This document shows positions 35,805-47,665 of a stretch of DNA of 64,000 bases, piece after piece. The stretch is from Macrostomum lignano. Taxonomy: Eukaryota. Every line of letters begins with the position of its first letter. Positions within the stretch are counted from its first letter, which is position 1. The position numbers and the translations under genes are program-made. Under the pieces are notes generated by a model that saw nothing but the letters and a program-made list of their open reading frames with translations, did not search any database and was not told the DNA's origin. The DNA lies in the NCBI GenBank assembly GCA_002269645.1, contig NIVC01001671.1:124001-188000 (forward strand), in the 5' to 3' direction.

Positions 35805-38800
35805 ATCTTAAAATGCTTTTGTAACAGGGGTTATTGCTCTCACTGACACTCTATCCCTCTGTTGACACCAAGTTGTCCTAGGGCTTACTTCTGTACTCCA
35901 ACTATCTTATTAACTGCCACCAAAGTTGTTACAGGGCTTTTACCTCCTACTGTATCAATTTTAATCCCACTAAATGCCACCAAGTTGTGCTAGGGGTTTT
36001 TAATTTCCCTGTATTAAATTTCTACTAAATCTTGCCTTAATGTTTCTAACTATCTCTTAGAATCTCATATATTTTCTGGGTAGCGTTCTTAGTAGTGTTC
36101 TGGTAGCGTTCTTAGTATATAGTCTGGTAGCGTTCTTAGTAGGCCTATATGGCCTGAGCAGTCTTACTGGTATATGTACTTTCTCTCTTTTTCTCTAGTC
36201 TGGGCGTTACCAAGATTAGAGGGTCACAGCGATTACTCTTAATATTAATTCCCTTTGTATGAATTCCCAATTCTGACTCTCAATACTTCTTTAGAATAAA
36301 ATGAGCAATGATCTAAGAATGGTTTATCAAACACGTTTTGAGCTTATAGCCAGCAAATGAGTTGTCTTTCCATTCCTTCAACTCTCTCCTATTTATACCA
36401 GTAAATCGTATGTATTTAAAACAAAACTTTCAACTTGAGAATATTTCGCATATTAAAACAAACAAATATAGAATTTTCGCACTAATTAGAAAAGCAGATT
36501 TCTTAGAAACAAGGTACCACTATTACACTTTCAAATTAGTTTTATAGTGAGGTGGGGGCAGAGTAAAGAAATTATTTAATTTTTTTTAATAAATGGTAGT
36601 AAATGCTGGCTGGTTTGCCGACGTTGAGTTTGCATGAATTAAATCCGTAAATATGGCACAGACAAAACTCAACAAATTTTCTCCTGATACTTCGATTGCC
36701 AGGGTCCTCAATCCCAGGGGGAGGGCAGTTTAGTCGTAGTCAAGCGGTCTTCGTTGGCCTCCAACACCAAAAGCTTAACATATCTCGTATGCTTGACCTG
36801 TTACTAACAGTAGAATAGCGCTGCCACCACCGTAATTTGCATATTAAGTCTCAGAGCTTGCTTTGAAATGAGACTGGGTTATTTTACGCCCCAAGGGCAA
36901 ATGACTCAAGATATGCTAGGCTTCAGATTATTTAACAAAAATTAAATAGTGGATCAACTGTTTTATTGGAGTTTATGAGCTGTAAGATAATGATTGGCTC
37001 AGTCAGCCTAATAGATTGGCGGGCATGCAAAATTAGCTAAGAGTATTAAAATAATAGATGTTGACTGAGCCTACTCTGGTGGATTGATTCGGCTGGTGCC
37101 GCAGTGCACTACTGGATCGTTAACAAACTAACAGACTAAGCACTTGTCGTAATAAATTGGCGGAATTAAAGATTAACAATTAAATTGAATGGGCAAAGGC
37201 AAGGCAAGGAAAAGGGGGATAAAAGCGGGAGGGAGAAACGGAAAACAAATGGGGAAAAGGAAGGATGAGAAATGGGCAGCTCCAAGGGCACCATTAAATA
37301 GGGATTAAAAACGCAACAGATGGACTATTGGGGTCAAACACTGGAGGCAAAAGGTGGTCACGGACACCAAGCAAAGAACAGAAAACTTAACACGGAAAAC
37401 AATGGGAGTCAAACAAAGTTACCAAAAAGGGGACGCAAAAGGCCAGAGAAAGGTGTGGGAAAACTGTCACAAGAATGGGGAAAATGACGAAATACACCAA
37501 AAACTGGGGACACAGGGTGGACACACAGGGCCAAAACTGGGGATAGTGGAGAATGGTCACAGGGTGGTTTAATAAATGTTAAAAAATAATTTTAAATTTC
37601 AAAAATTTAGAGAAAGCATTTCATTAACTGTTAGTGGTAGCCCCAACTGCCACAGTTTTGGGGGAGCTGCACCTTTTCAAAAGCTTCGGACCTCCCAGTC
37701 CTCATTGGAAACGTCCTTGCATAGCGATGGCGTGGCCTCCGCGATTGGCTGGCCGGGTGCCGCGGGGCAGGCCACTGTTCGCAAGTCTGGCAGGGCACTG
37801 GTCAAGGTTGAGGTCGGTGGGGCTGGGCATAATGGCCAGCCTACGAGCTGAACTTGGCCATTGACATACCGCAAATGCTCAGGGCATTTGGCCACGGCCA
37901 TGTCCCAAAAGACACGTAGGCAAGGAATCCACCCGTCGGCGAGATGGCCCGCCTCCCAATAGGCGATGGCAAGAAAAGGGGCCAGGGCCAGATGCTAGGT
38001 TCCTCCGCGCTGTAGTAAACAGATTTCGGCTTGGCGCAATTGCTCATCAAGCAGGTTGCGGGTGTGCTCGGTCCGTATTATCTTTAGTAGAAGGCATCAG
38101 GGTGCATCGAGCTGAATTTGCCCTCGCCAGGATGCCAGTCTCCAGGCTTCATCTAGTTCTTCCTTTAGCTGCAGACAGATGGGGGCCGCGCTGGTCAGTG
38201 CGGCAGATAGAGTCCACAGCTCCTCGGGTTTGCCTCTGCAGAGCCAGGGTGCTCGTGCAGACGAGAGTTTGGGTGCCAGAGTCAGGTGGCTAGCTGCTCC
38301 CAGGTTGGCATTGTTGTATATGGCGATAGCAGATTTGCAGTTGACAGGCGGTAGTGATGATGAATATAGTCGATAATAGGCAAAGAGGGATAATATACAA
38401 TGGAGATATATATGAACAGGGACTTGCAATTTATAGCGAATAAAAAAAACTTAATTAGAAAATGTCGCATGGAGGAAGAATCAAAGTTAACCGATTTGGG
38501 GCTCAAATAAAATTAAATGCCTCCTTAAATACTTTTCAACAGGCCAGATATTGGCCAGCAGGGCCAAAAGCTAGGTAATAATAGATACACTACCCCCTGC
38601 CATGCACTCCAATTGAGGTTACACAGAGAGATGAGGGGGGGGGAAGAGAAGCCATAAAATTGGTAAACCACGAGATAGGGGCGTGGTGCCACCTTGTCTA
38701 AAATCTTGGACTGGGCATTGGATTGATGAAAATGAGAAGGCCCCAATTGGGCTCATAAGAACGGGGGGTTGCTTGTGAAACTATAGAATCGCAAACACAA

Positions 38801-39199
38801 GTTTGAAAATTATATAAACAGTGGTAAAAAAACAAAATCGAGGTGCCCAACCAACATTTTATAGAAACAGCAGAATAAGAGATAATAACTGAAATGGCAT
38901 GCAGTTCATCCATAAGGAGCTATACAAACAGAGGGGAGGAGAAAAAAGGCACTAGGAAGATTTTCCTAGACTTGGCTCAATCTGAATAGAGAATGGGAGC
39001 CTCAATTCACCTCAGGTGCCCCCACTGGGGACATGGCCTCGAACAAAGAAGGCCTGACCTAGGTGTGGCAAGGCAGTCAAAAAAATGGCAGGTTGAACAA
39101 AATTACCTTCAGCTTTGAATGAGGAGCTAAGAAGGCTTGCAAAGTAATTCAAAATTTCAGCACTTTGGGTGTGTGCCGAGAAATTTACAACATTACGCT

Positions 39200-40350
39200 G
39201 GCGAACAATGCACTCTTGGATGTTAGGAATCAAGTATGGAAAGTACTCACATTTCTGGTTCAAACTCCGAAAATCTTGCACAATCCTCAGGCTGCCGTCC
39301 TTCTTTGGGATGATCACCAGCGGGGTGTTGTAGCTGGAGAAGCTTGGTCTAATCACACCTTTGGCAAGAAGATTGTCCAGTAGTTGATCAACTTTGGGCA
39401 GCAGATGCGGCAGGATCCAGCGAGTCGGCAGATGCACCGGATCTTTGTCCTTTAGTACAATGTTGTGGGTGACCAGATGAGTTCGGCCAAGATCGTGTGG
39501 CCCCTGGGAAAAGATGTTCTTGTACTTCTTTAGCAGCTCGATGACTTGAGCGCGCCAGTCACTAGACAGATCCTTGCCAATGTTGATCTCCTTGATCCAA
39601 GCATTAGGGTCTTCATCTTGGATTTGGTTGTCAGAGTCTTCTGACTTTGGTAGTGGGAAGAAATGTAACTTGGGCAGTCTGATTGGTCTCGCAATCCCGA
39701 CTAGTGCATTTGCTCGCACTCTGATGGAAGTAGTGCCTCAATTGATCATCTTGATAGCGCCTTCTCCGTTTGCCATTGATATTAAGGCAGGCGTGGCGTC
39801 TAGATGCTGCACATCATCTTCACGACAAGCCAGTTTCAGTGGCTTGATCATAGTGGGTGTCCCTTGGTTTTCTTCGCATCCTTTTGCTAATTTGATTTTT
39901 ATTTGGGCTGATGATAATGGTGGCACAGTAGTGCTCTCGGCTGTATAAATCCTGCACATGGTAGCTTCAGTTTGCGTGTAGCAAAGTGGTGTGGCAGTGC
40001 CGTCCTTGAAGAACAGCATCCCGGTGGCGAGATCCAGTGAGGTGCTGTACTTCTCTAGAAACTCGAAGCCCAGGATGTTGTCATGCGATCCCTTCACTAG
40101 CAGAAACGTAACTGTCGGCTCAAAATTTCCAATTTTAACTTTAATACTTAGTTGGCCTGCCATCTAGATTGGTTTGCCATTGTAGGTCAAAATACATTGC
40201 AGGCAGGGCTCAATTTGGCCACGCAGGGTTGGGTCATCAGTACATAGCTAGTGCCAGGTGCTGAATCCTAGGACTTCACACTTGGAGCTGGTGTCAAGCA
40301 GAAAAGCAAAATAGCAGCCCTGAATCTCACCAGTTAGAAATGGATCCTTT
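39200..40350 (-). pseudogene. Gypsy pol remnant: aspartic protease and RT N-terminus, truncated before the YxDD motif
   Basis: FLLDTSS...DNILGFEFLEKY (protease); HNIVLKDKDPV...GVIRPSFSSYNTPLVIIPKKDGSLRIVQDFRSLN...PNIQEC (RT). Confidence 0.88.
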
Positions 40351-40559
40351 CAAGGTTGCTTGGGTGCAAAGTTCTGTACAGGTGCGGAAGCGGTCTTAGC
40401 AGTGGCCTGCTAAGCGACTAAAGTCCTTGGCAGGGACTTTAGTGCTGGCTTGGCTGCTGGATGGCGCTGCCCCCAATGGCGCATCTAGCCGTCCCATTTC
40501 CCAAGCTGCCATTGCGCTGGGGCACGGTGCTGGCCGACCACCAGTGCGGGCATTCTTCA

Positions 40560-41690
40560 GCGCGATGCTCATGGTTGCACCTGTAGCACATTGCACTCTG
40601 CCGCCATAGCTGATAGGGCAGCAGGCGCAAACTCATCGGTTGCAGCGGCTGCTGCTGTTGTTGTTGTCATTGACCTGCTAGCGGTGTCCTTGGCGGCAGG
40701 TTGCTGCCATCTCGCGATTGCTGAAGCTGATGGAACTGTTGATGCTGCACATTATGTGTGCCGGGTGTCATAAATTGGGCACTTCCATCAGCGCTGCGGC
40801 AAGGAGTCAGAGGTACCAAACATCTGGAGCATTGGCCCTACGAGTCCTGTGGCTGATGGCAAGCTGGTTTCCATGGCTCCGGGGTATCATTGCAGTGCAA
40901 TCCCTGCAAGTAGAACTCTCGCATTTATTGCTTAATGTTTCCAGAATTCGTCATTGCTCCTGCAGAGTTTCCACTTGTTGTTCCATCACTTCCCGCAACC
41001 AGTTCTCCTCGGGCCAAGATGACTTGGCGTCGTGTTGCACCGCAGTGGGCGTCTGACTGTTGTCATTCTCGAGGACCTGTACATGTCTCGCCACTGGCAG
41101 CGGTGCTACTCGCTGAGCCAGGCTAGCTACTGTCTCCAGGCGTAGCACAGCCTTTCTTGCGGTGGTCAGATTCTGCAGTCTCACCAGGATTAGTTGTTCT
41201 CAGGCCAACTGAGCGATTCACACTACAACTGTGAACTGATCCACCAGTTTAGCCTGGTTCTGAATCGGGGTAAAGTGCGGAAATGCTCTATCGGCCAGAG
41301 CAATTAATTGATTGCCGTAGTCGTCAACGCTCTCATTCTTGCCTTGCTGGCAGCTCCGAAACTGCTCCCGGTACTCTAGTGTGTTGGCCACATGCATGAA
41401 AAGTTCAGACAATTGCTGTTTGAACTCACCAAACGTTAGGTTGTCTGGCAACTCCATCCTGATAACTACGGGATAGGTTGTAGCAATGTCCAAATTCACT
41501 AGGACCTCCGCCTTTGTCTGTTGTCTGTGATCCCGTTGAGCTCACATTGCTCCTCTAGGGCCTAAATCCAGACATCAAATTCCTGGTTCTGTGTGTACCG
41601 CTGACTCTTAACCGGTTTTGGCACTGGAGCTCGATCCTGCTACTGGGGCTGCTGGTACACGTGGTGATGGTGTTGCGGCTGGCCCAGGCT
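40560..41690 (-). pseudogene. Gypsy gag remnant
   Basis: EFDVWI*ALEEQCELNGITD; FRSCQQGKNESVDDYGNQLIALADRAFP...LVDQF; zinc knuckle CYRCNHEHRAEEC. Confidence 0.8.
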
Positions 41691-42344
41691 GGTCTGCTCC
41701 AAAGTGGGAGGGATAAATGGAAAACAAATGGGGAAAAGGAAGGATGAGAAATGGGCAGCTCCAAGGGCACCATTAAATAGGGATTAAAAATGCAACAGAT
41801 GGACTATTGGGGTCAAACACTGGAGGCAAAAGGTGGTCACGGACACCAAGCAAAGAACAGAAAACTTAACACGGAAAACAATGGGAGTCAAACAAAGTTA
41901 CCAAAAAGGGGACGCAAAAGGCCAGAGAAAGGTGTGGGAAAACTGTCACAAGAACGGGGAAAATGACGAAATACACCAACAACTAGGGACACAGGGTGGA
42001 CACACAGGGCCAAAACTGGGCACAGCGGAGAATGGTCACGGGGTGGTTTAATAAGCGTCAAAAAATCATTTTAAATTTCTAAAATTTAGAGAAAGTGTTT
42101 CATTAACTGTTAGTGGCAGCCCCAACTGCCACAATAGGCCTATTGCCAATAGTAGCTTTATGTATGTATTAAAAGGCCTACATACTTTTATTTTCAAAAA
42201 ATATTCTATTGTTAGACTAATTTTACTTTGTATAAATTGATTTATTAAACTCAAATAAATCAAAAATGCTTTTCAGAAATGCTTTCATTTCAAAATAGTG
42301 TTGTAGGGTACTTGAATTATTCTATAAAATCCTACCACAGTCAC

Positions 42345-43297
42345 TAGGGGTTGGACAAGATCTTAATCTTGATCTTTATTCTTGAGATCAAAATCCAAGA
42401 TCTTGGGATTTTCTCAAATCTCAATCTTGACTTCATGATCTCAAAAAAATGTCAAGATTTGAGATAAGAAACAAATGTTTGAGAAAACATTTTGATCTAT
42501 AAGAAGTATGCAGCATCATATCATAGAGCCTAATGGTGTCAATGTCAATATTTTGTTTAAATTTTGTATGCTACAAAGAATGTATAGTTTATAGCATAAA
42601 GATAGGCCTAGTTAGCTTCCATTAGAGAAGTGTGCTGTTTTGAACAATATATTTACTATTGTCAATTTATTGGTAATGTAATAATGTATTTCTGCTTCAA
42701 ACAAATAATGTTCCAGCAATTCATTGGCTACTTGAAGCTGACAGTCCAAGATCAACACTCAACATGTGACATTGATGGTTTCTTTTGTCTTGCCAGTTCG
42801 TTGGTTGGTAGCTCATATCTGCTGGGAATATTTAATGTGTAATCCAGTTATTTCAATTAGTTATATTTTTGTTTGCTGATGATGGTTGGCAATACTTTGT
42901 TTTACTGGGTTGGCAATATTTTATTTAACATTTTGAATTCTGTGGCTTCAGAGATGGTTCTTGGGAGCTCCTCTAATAGACCTAGGCCTACCGTTTGCAA
43001 GTTCATTTTTACTTGAAGCTATTAAAGAATGCTTCTCATTAGATCTTGAACTGCATTCAGCCTAAGTACCATGTTTTCCCACAAGATCATATCTTCCAAA
43101 GCCACCTCACCTGATCCATTACTTTGCTATCAGTTGTAAGCGAATATTTCACATTTCTTTTTGAATATTTTTAAATAATATTAAATATTTTTTGTTGTTC
43201 CACTATATGTCTCAAATCTCGATTGAATCTTGAATATCTCAAAGAGGCCAATCTTCAATCTCAAAAATCTTGAAGATTTAATATCGTCCAACCCCTA
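42345..43297. mobile_element. hAT-type non-autonomous DNA transposon
   Basis: TIRs TAGGGGTTGGAC / GTCCAACCCCTA; 8-bp flanks ACAGTCAC and GCAGTCAC (7 of 8 identical); subterminal ATCTTG/ATCTCA repeats at both ends. Confidence 0.8.
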
Positions 43298-44644
43298 GCA
43301 GTCACTAAGTTCTAAGGCGGGGGTGTCTTCTGCCATAGGCCTATATAAATTCCTACTGCCGAATCACCAAGTTGTTGTAGGCTTATTTACTTATAAGTTT
43401 CCTTGTAAGTTTCCTTGTAAGTTTCCTTACTAACTAGATTTTAGTCTAGGACTTCTTATATTATGAAGTAGGCCCTAGTCTTAGTAGCAGTGTCAAGTGG
43501 CAAACAATGATCTAAATTCTTTAACTACTAAATTTCTACTTTTTGCCTTAAGTCCTAAACTAGGCTACCTTGGGATTCCTCTAATAAGCCTTGATATATT
43601 AGCAATTCTTCCAAGCCTTGACATTTTAGCAATACCCCCAGTTAGCCTTTACATCTAAGCAATTCTCTTAATAAAGCTCATAAATTAGTTATAACAATAT
43701 AGTGTGGCTATTTTGACATATGGATATTGGCTATTTTGTGCATGGCAATATCTTATTAATTGAATTTGAGCATTGACATTTTTCTTGAGCATTTTAGGCC
43801 TAAAACTAACATTTTAGGCATTTTGGTTGTGTTACTTGCTTGACAATAAATAGAAACAAGCTAAAAATCAACATTTAATTAATATCTCAATTTTGATACA
43901 TTTTGCACATTAATGTAGGCCTTCATTGTCAACTTTATTAGGTAATAAGAAAGGAATAATGTTTTGATATTAGATAATAAAATGAGGGTAAAATTCTATG
44001 CTGAAAGGTAAGTAGGCCTATGATCTAAGCTATTGGAATTGGTATATTGGTCTTATTGAATATATAAGCATACAGTAGCAGTACAACTAGGTAAAATGAT
44101 GGAATTCCCAAGTTCAATAGTATATACTCTATAGAAAATGCAACTAGCACCACTGTATAAGCTGGATGTTGAGGCTAGGCAAATGGGCTTTGACTTCAAA
44201 CTTATTATCATTGAAGCTCATTGAAATTTTTACGGAATGACCTTAAATATATTTCACTGCAAAGCATACTAACAATAATTATTCTTTCAAGAATTTTTTT
44301 AGCTAAAGAGTGTGTTTTAAATCCTAGTTAGGCCTAAATTTTTAGTTTTTTACTTCTAAATGGTATGTGCTATATTCTAGTATGCACTATAGTTATATTA
44401 CCAAGTTTTAATTAAGGTCTCAAATTCAATATCTTAATTAATATAAACAATTACCACTCATACTAATATCATTTAGTCACTAGGAAAATTCACACAAGTT
44501 TTGAGAAAAAAAGACTTTTGAAATGACTTCAATATGTTAACTTTTGTGAAGTCCTTGTGACACATTTATTCATTTTACCCACTTTAGCTTTTTGTTTATC
44601 TAAATTAAAAATAAATTGCTTCTTTTTCTGCTGCCAATGCCACA

Positions 44645-45405
44645 ATGACATCGGCTGATAAACATTCAGATAAGCTCGAATCAACTATTCGCCTGTTTAA
44701 TTGTCTAGCTTCAACTATTGATAATCTCAACTATGATGATGAGACTGACAATGATTTGGAAGATCTCGCAGAAATGAGTCGTGGTCTTTTAGTAGAACGT
44801 GGCTTGCCAATTAGCATTGCTGATTCTGCCCTGACTAAATTATCTTCAACTATGGAATCTGAGCCAGTTGGCAGTCTGCCAGAACTGCACAATCGTTGGT
44901 TAGAATTGATCAAACAAGAGACTAACTTGTGGATTCAATCGAAAAACCAGTCACCAGTTGCTATGACAACGCCGCCAACAACGCCTCAATGCTTGGAAAT
45001 TTCTTCTAACAATAATACCACAGTTGCTTCTGCAGCAAGCAGTCTTGCCTTCAGTGTGGAACAGAGCCTTCAAAAGTCTGGCGCTATACCCGCCTTTCTG
45101 TCCAGTGTGCAGTCGGACAGAGTTAATGATGATAGTCTGAGTGCTTTAGCTTCCGGTCAGGTTGAAGTTCGCATGGAAACATCTAGCGCTATTGCTCAGT
45201 TCTGTCCTGGCGATCCCTTTAGCGTTGTTAACATCCGGGTTCGAGAAGATGGAAGTAGTGGCGCTGCTAGCTTCCAGGTGAAAGACGTTGCTCAGCTAAG
45301 AGAGCGTTCTAGAGCCGCCGCGAGGGCCAAAGCGATGGAGGATGAAGTGTTGAAGCTCAGGAGCGCATTTCCTATTGACTGGGATCGCGAAGCTGGGAGA
45401 CTCAA
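44645..45405 (+). CDS. Uncharacterised protein (338 aa), exon 1
   Basis: Long non-repetitive ORF from ATG 44645 ending at CTC AA|GTAAGC, phase 2. Confidence 0.7.
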
Positions 45406-45439
45406 GTAAGCGCGTGTTCTGTAGCTTCAAGGCATGTCT

Positions 45440-45900
45440 GACCACCCGGATTTTGTCTGACCCTTTCCGTATTGTCAGTCTGACCATTTCCGCATTCTGT
45501 CTGACCCTTTCCGTATTGTCAGTCTGACCATTTCCGCATTCTGTCTGACCCTTTCCGTATTGTCAGTCTGACCCTTTCCGCATTCTGTCTGACCCTTTCC
45601 GTATTGTCAGTCTGACCCTTTCCGCATTCTGTCTGACCCTTTCCGGATTCTGTCTGACCCTTTCCGGATTCTGTCTGACCCTTTCCGGATTCTGTCTGAC
45701 CCTTTCCGGATTCTGCCTGACCCTTTCCAGATTCTGTCTGACCTCTTTCGGATTCTGTCTGACCCTTTTCTCGTATTGTCAGTCTGACCCTTTCTGGATA
45801 CTGTCTGACCGCTTCTGGATCCTGTCTGACCCTTTCTGGATCCTGTGTGACCCCTTCTGGATCCTGTCTGACCTTTTCTGGGTCCTGTCTGACCCTTTCC
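45440..45900. repeat. ~21-nt intronic tandem repeat ATTCTGTCTGACCCTTTCCG(C/G)
   Basis: Directly visible. Confidence 0.9.
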
Positions 45901-46063
45901 GTATTTGTATCAGTCCAACCCTTTCCAAATCCTGACTGATTCTTTCTGAACTCTCTCTGGCCCCTTCTTGACTCTGCCTTATCCTCAGCCTCGCCCTTCC
46001 CCTCTTTATCCCATAATCCCAATCCATTTTCTTATTGTCAGCTCTCTACTCACCCTTGCACAG

Positions 46064-46319
46064 GTACATGGCGGGCAGGCGCGGTATGGACATCGTGGAG
46101 CTGGACATTGGCTCTGAGCGAGCGATACGGGTGGTCTCCGTACAGCCCGGAGGCTGCCTGCCGCCCGGCTGCATCCTGCCACCCTCTGACGCGCCCTTGG
46201 ATCTCTGGCTGAAGTATCTGGAATGCGAGTTCTTTGGCCCGCCGCCGGAGTCGCAGCTGAGTTCCCGACAGTCGCTTGCGCACAATTCTGGGCACAATAG
46301 TAATGATAATGGCGCTTAG
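46064..46319 (+). CDS. Uncharacterised protein (338 aa), exon 2
   Basis: TTGCACAG|G TAC ATG completes the Lys codon in phase; YMAGRRGMDIVELDIGSERAIRVVSV...LDLWLKYLECEF. Confidence 0.7.
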
Positions 46320-46344
46320 TTAGCTGGGAATGAGTAATGCGATT

Positions 46345-46880
46345 TGTAGGAGATTTGTGATAATGGGATGTTTGTGAATTTGGGGATAATGGGATATTTG
46401 TGAATTTAGGGATAGTGGAATATTTGTGAATTTGGGTATAATGGGATATTTTTGAATTTGGGGATAATAGGATATTTGTAAATTTGGGGATAATGGGATA
46501 TTTGTGAGTTTGGGGATAATCTGATATTTTTTAATTTGGGGATAATAGGATATTTATGAATTTGGAGATAATGGGATGTTTATGAATTCGGGGATAATGA
46601 GATATTTTAGAATTTGGGGATGATGGGATGTTTGTAAATTTGGGGATAATAGGATATTTATGAATTTGGGGATGATGGGATATTTATGAATTTGGGGATG
46701 ATGGGATATTTATGAATTTGGAGACAATGGGATGTTTATGAATTTGGGGATGATGGGATATTTATGAATTTGGGGATGATGGGATATTTATGAATTTGGA
46801 GACAATGGGATGTTTATGAATTCGGGGATAATGAGATATTTGTAAATTTGGGGATAATAGGATATTTGTGAAATTGGGAA
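46345..46880. repeat. ~26-nt tandem repeat GGGATATTTATGAATTTGGGGATAAT
   Basis: Directly visible. Confidence 0.9.
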
Positions 46881-47234
46881 AATGTTGTACTTTGACTGTA
46901 TTTGAAATCTAGGATTTTTATGTTATTGTTCTACTATAATAGTGCAGTTTGTTGCAGTGAAACTGCTAACTAAAATCTCCTGCATTTTTGTTTAATATTT
47001 TTTGTCTTTTTTTCTCGTAACTGATTTGACTATTGAAAGCAATTGCTATTTTTTTAAGTCTGGCCACTGTAAGCAAAATTTAGTTTATCCTATTAACAGC
47101 TGATTAATTATACGTTTATATGTTTAAATTTAATACGGTTTTTCTTTCAGTTTATACAACTTCTTTGTTGTATACCGAAAAATGTTTCAAAGCAAAAGTA
47201 TTTTGGTTTTTGTTTTATTGGAGTCATGGAGACT

Positions 47235-47395
47235 GTGTGCACCCTGGTGCACTTTAAGCGACATTGTCACACAACCGGCGAGAGGCATTGCTGCCCATTC
47301 CGCCGACTCTCCTGAGCAGGCGCACACTCACACAGGAGTGTACAGCGGCCCTGAATTTGTGTACACTGTACACTTCACTGCGCCCTGGGGGGGTT
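47235..47395 (-). mobile_element. SINE-like repeat, copy C (partial, 3' half only)
   Basis: Matches TGTGTGCACCCTGG.GCACTTTAAGCGACAT...CACACAGGAGTGTACAGCGGCCCT of copies A and B. Confidence 0.7.
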
Positions 47396-47509
47396 AGGGG
47401 ATATAGAAAGCGATGGTTTTTGTACTTTTAGAAACAAACTGTTGTCTTTAACTATCATCATCAACCGCTCAATACAGCTTTCCTAACAGACACTGCAGTC
47501 TCCACACAT

Positions 47510-47665
47510 GCGCAACCTTGGGAATCACTCGGCCATTTCTATTGGCAACGCACACATGTAAGTCGCTATTGGCTGAGAGCAGTCACGTGACTATTATTCT
47601 GTCCAATAGCGACTTACGTGTGTGTGTTGCCAATAGAAACGGCCGGGTGAATCCCTAGGTTGCGC
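47510..47665. other. Near-perfect 156-bp palindrome (MITE or hairpin)
   Basis: ~63-bp arms GCGCAACCTTGGGAATCAC...GTCGCTATTGG / CCAATAGCGAC...CCCTAGGTTGCGC around a loop centred on GTCACGTGAC. Confidence 0.85.

Larger units (their letters stand above)
37145..42133 (-). mobile_element. Decayed Gypsy/Ty3 LTR retrotransposon (gag-pro-partial RT, integrase remnant, extra ORF)
   Basis: ~430-bp direct repeats (37227-37654 and 41706-42133) starting TGTGG on the minus strand; the left copy extends to ...ACA at 37145. Gag, zinc-knuckle, protease and RT motifs lie between them with stops and frameshifts. Confidence 0.9.
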
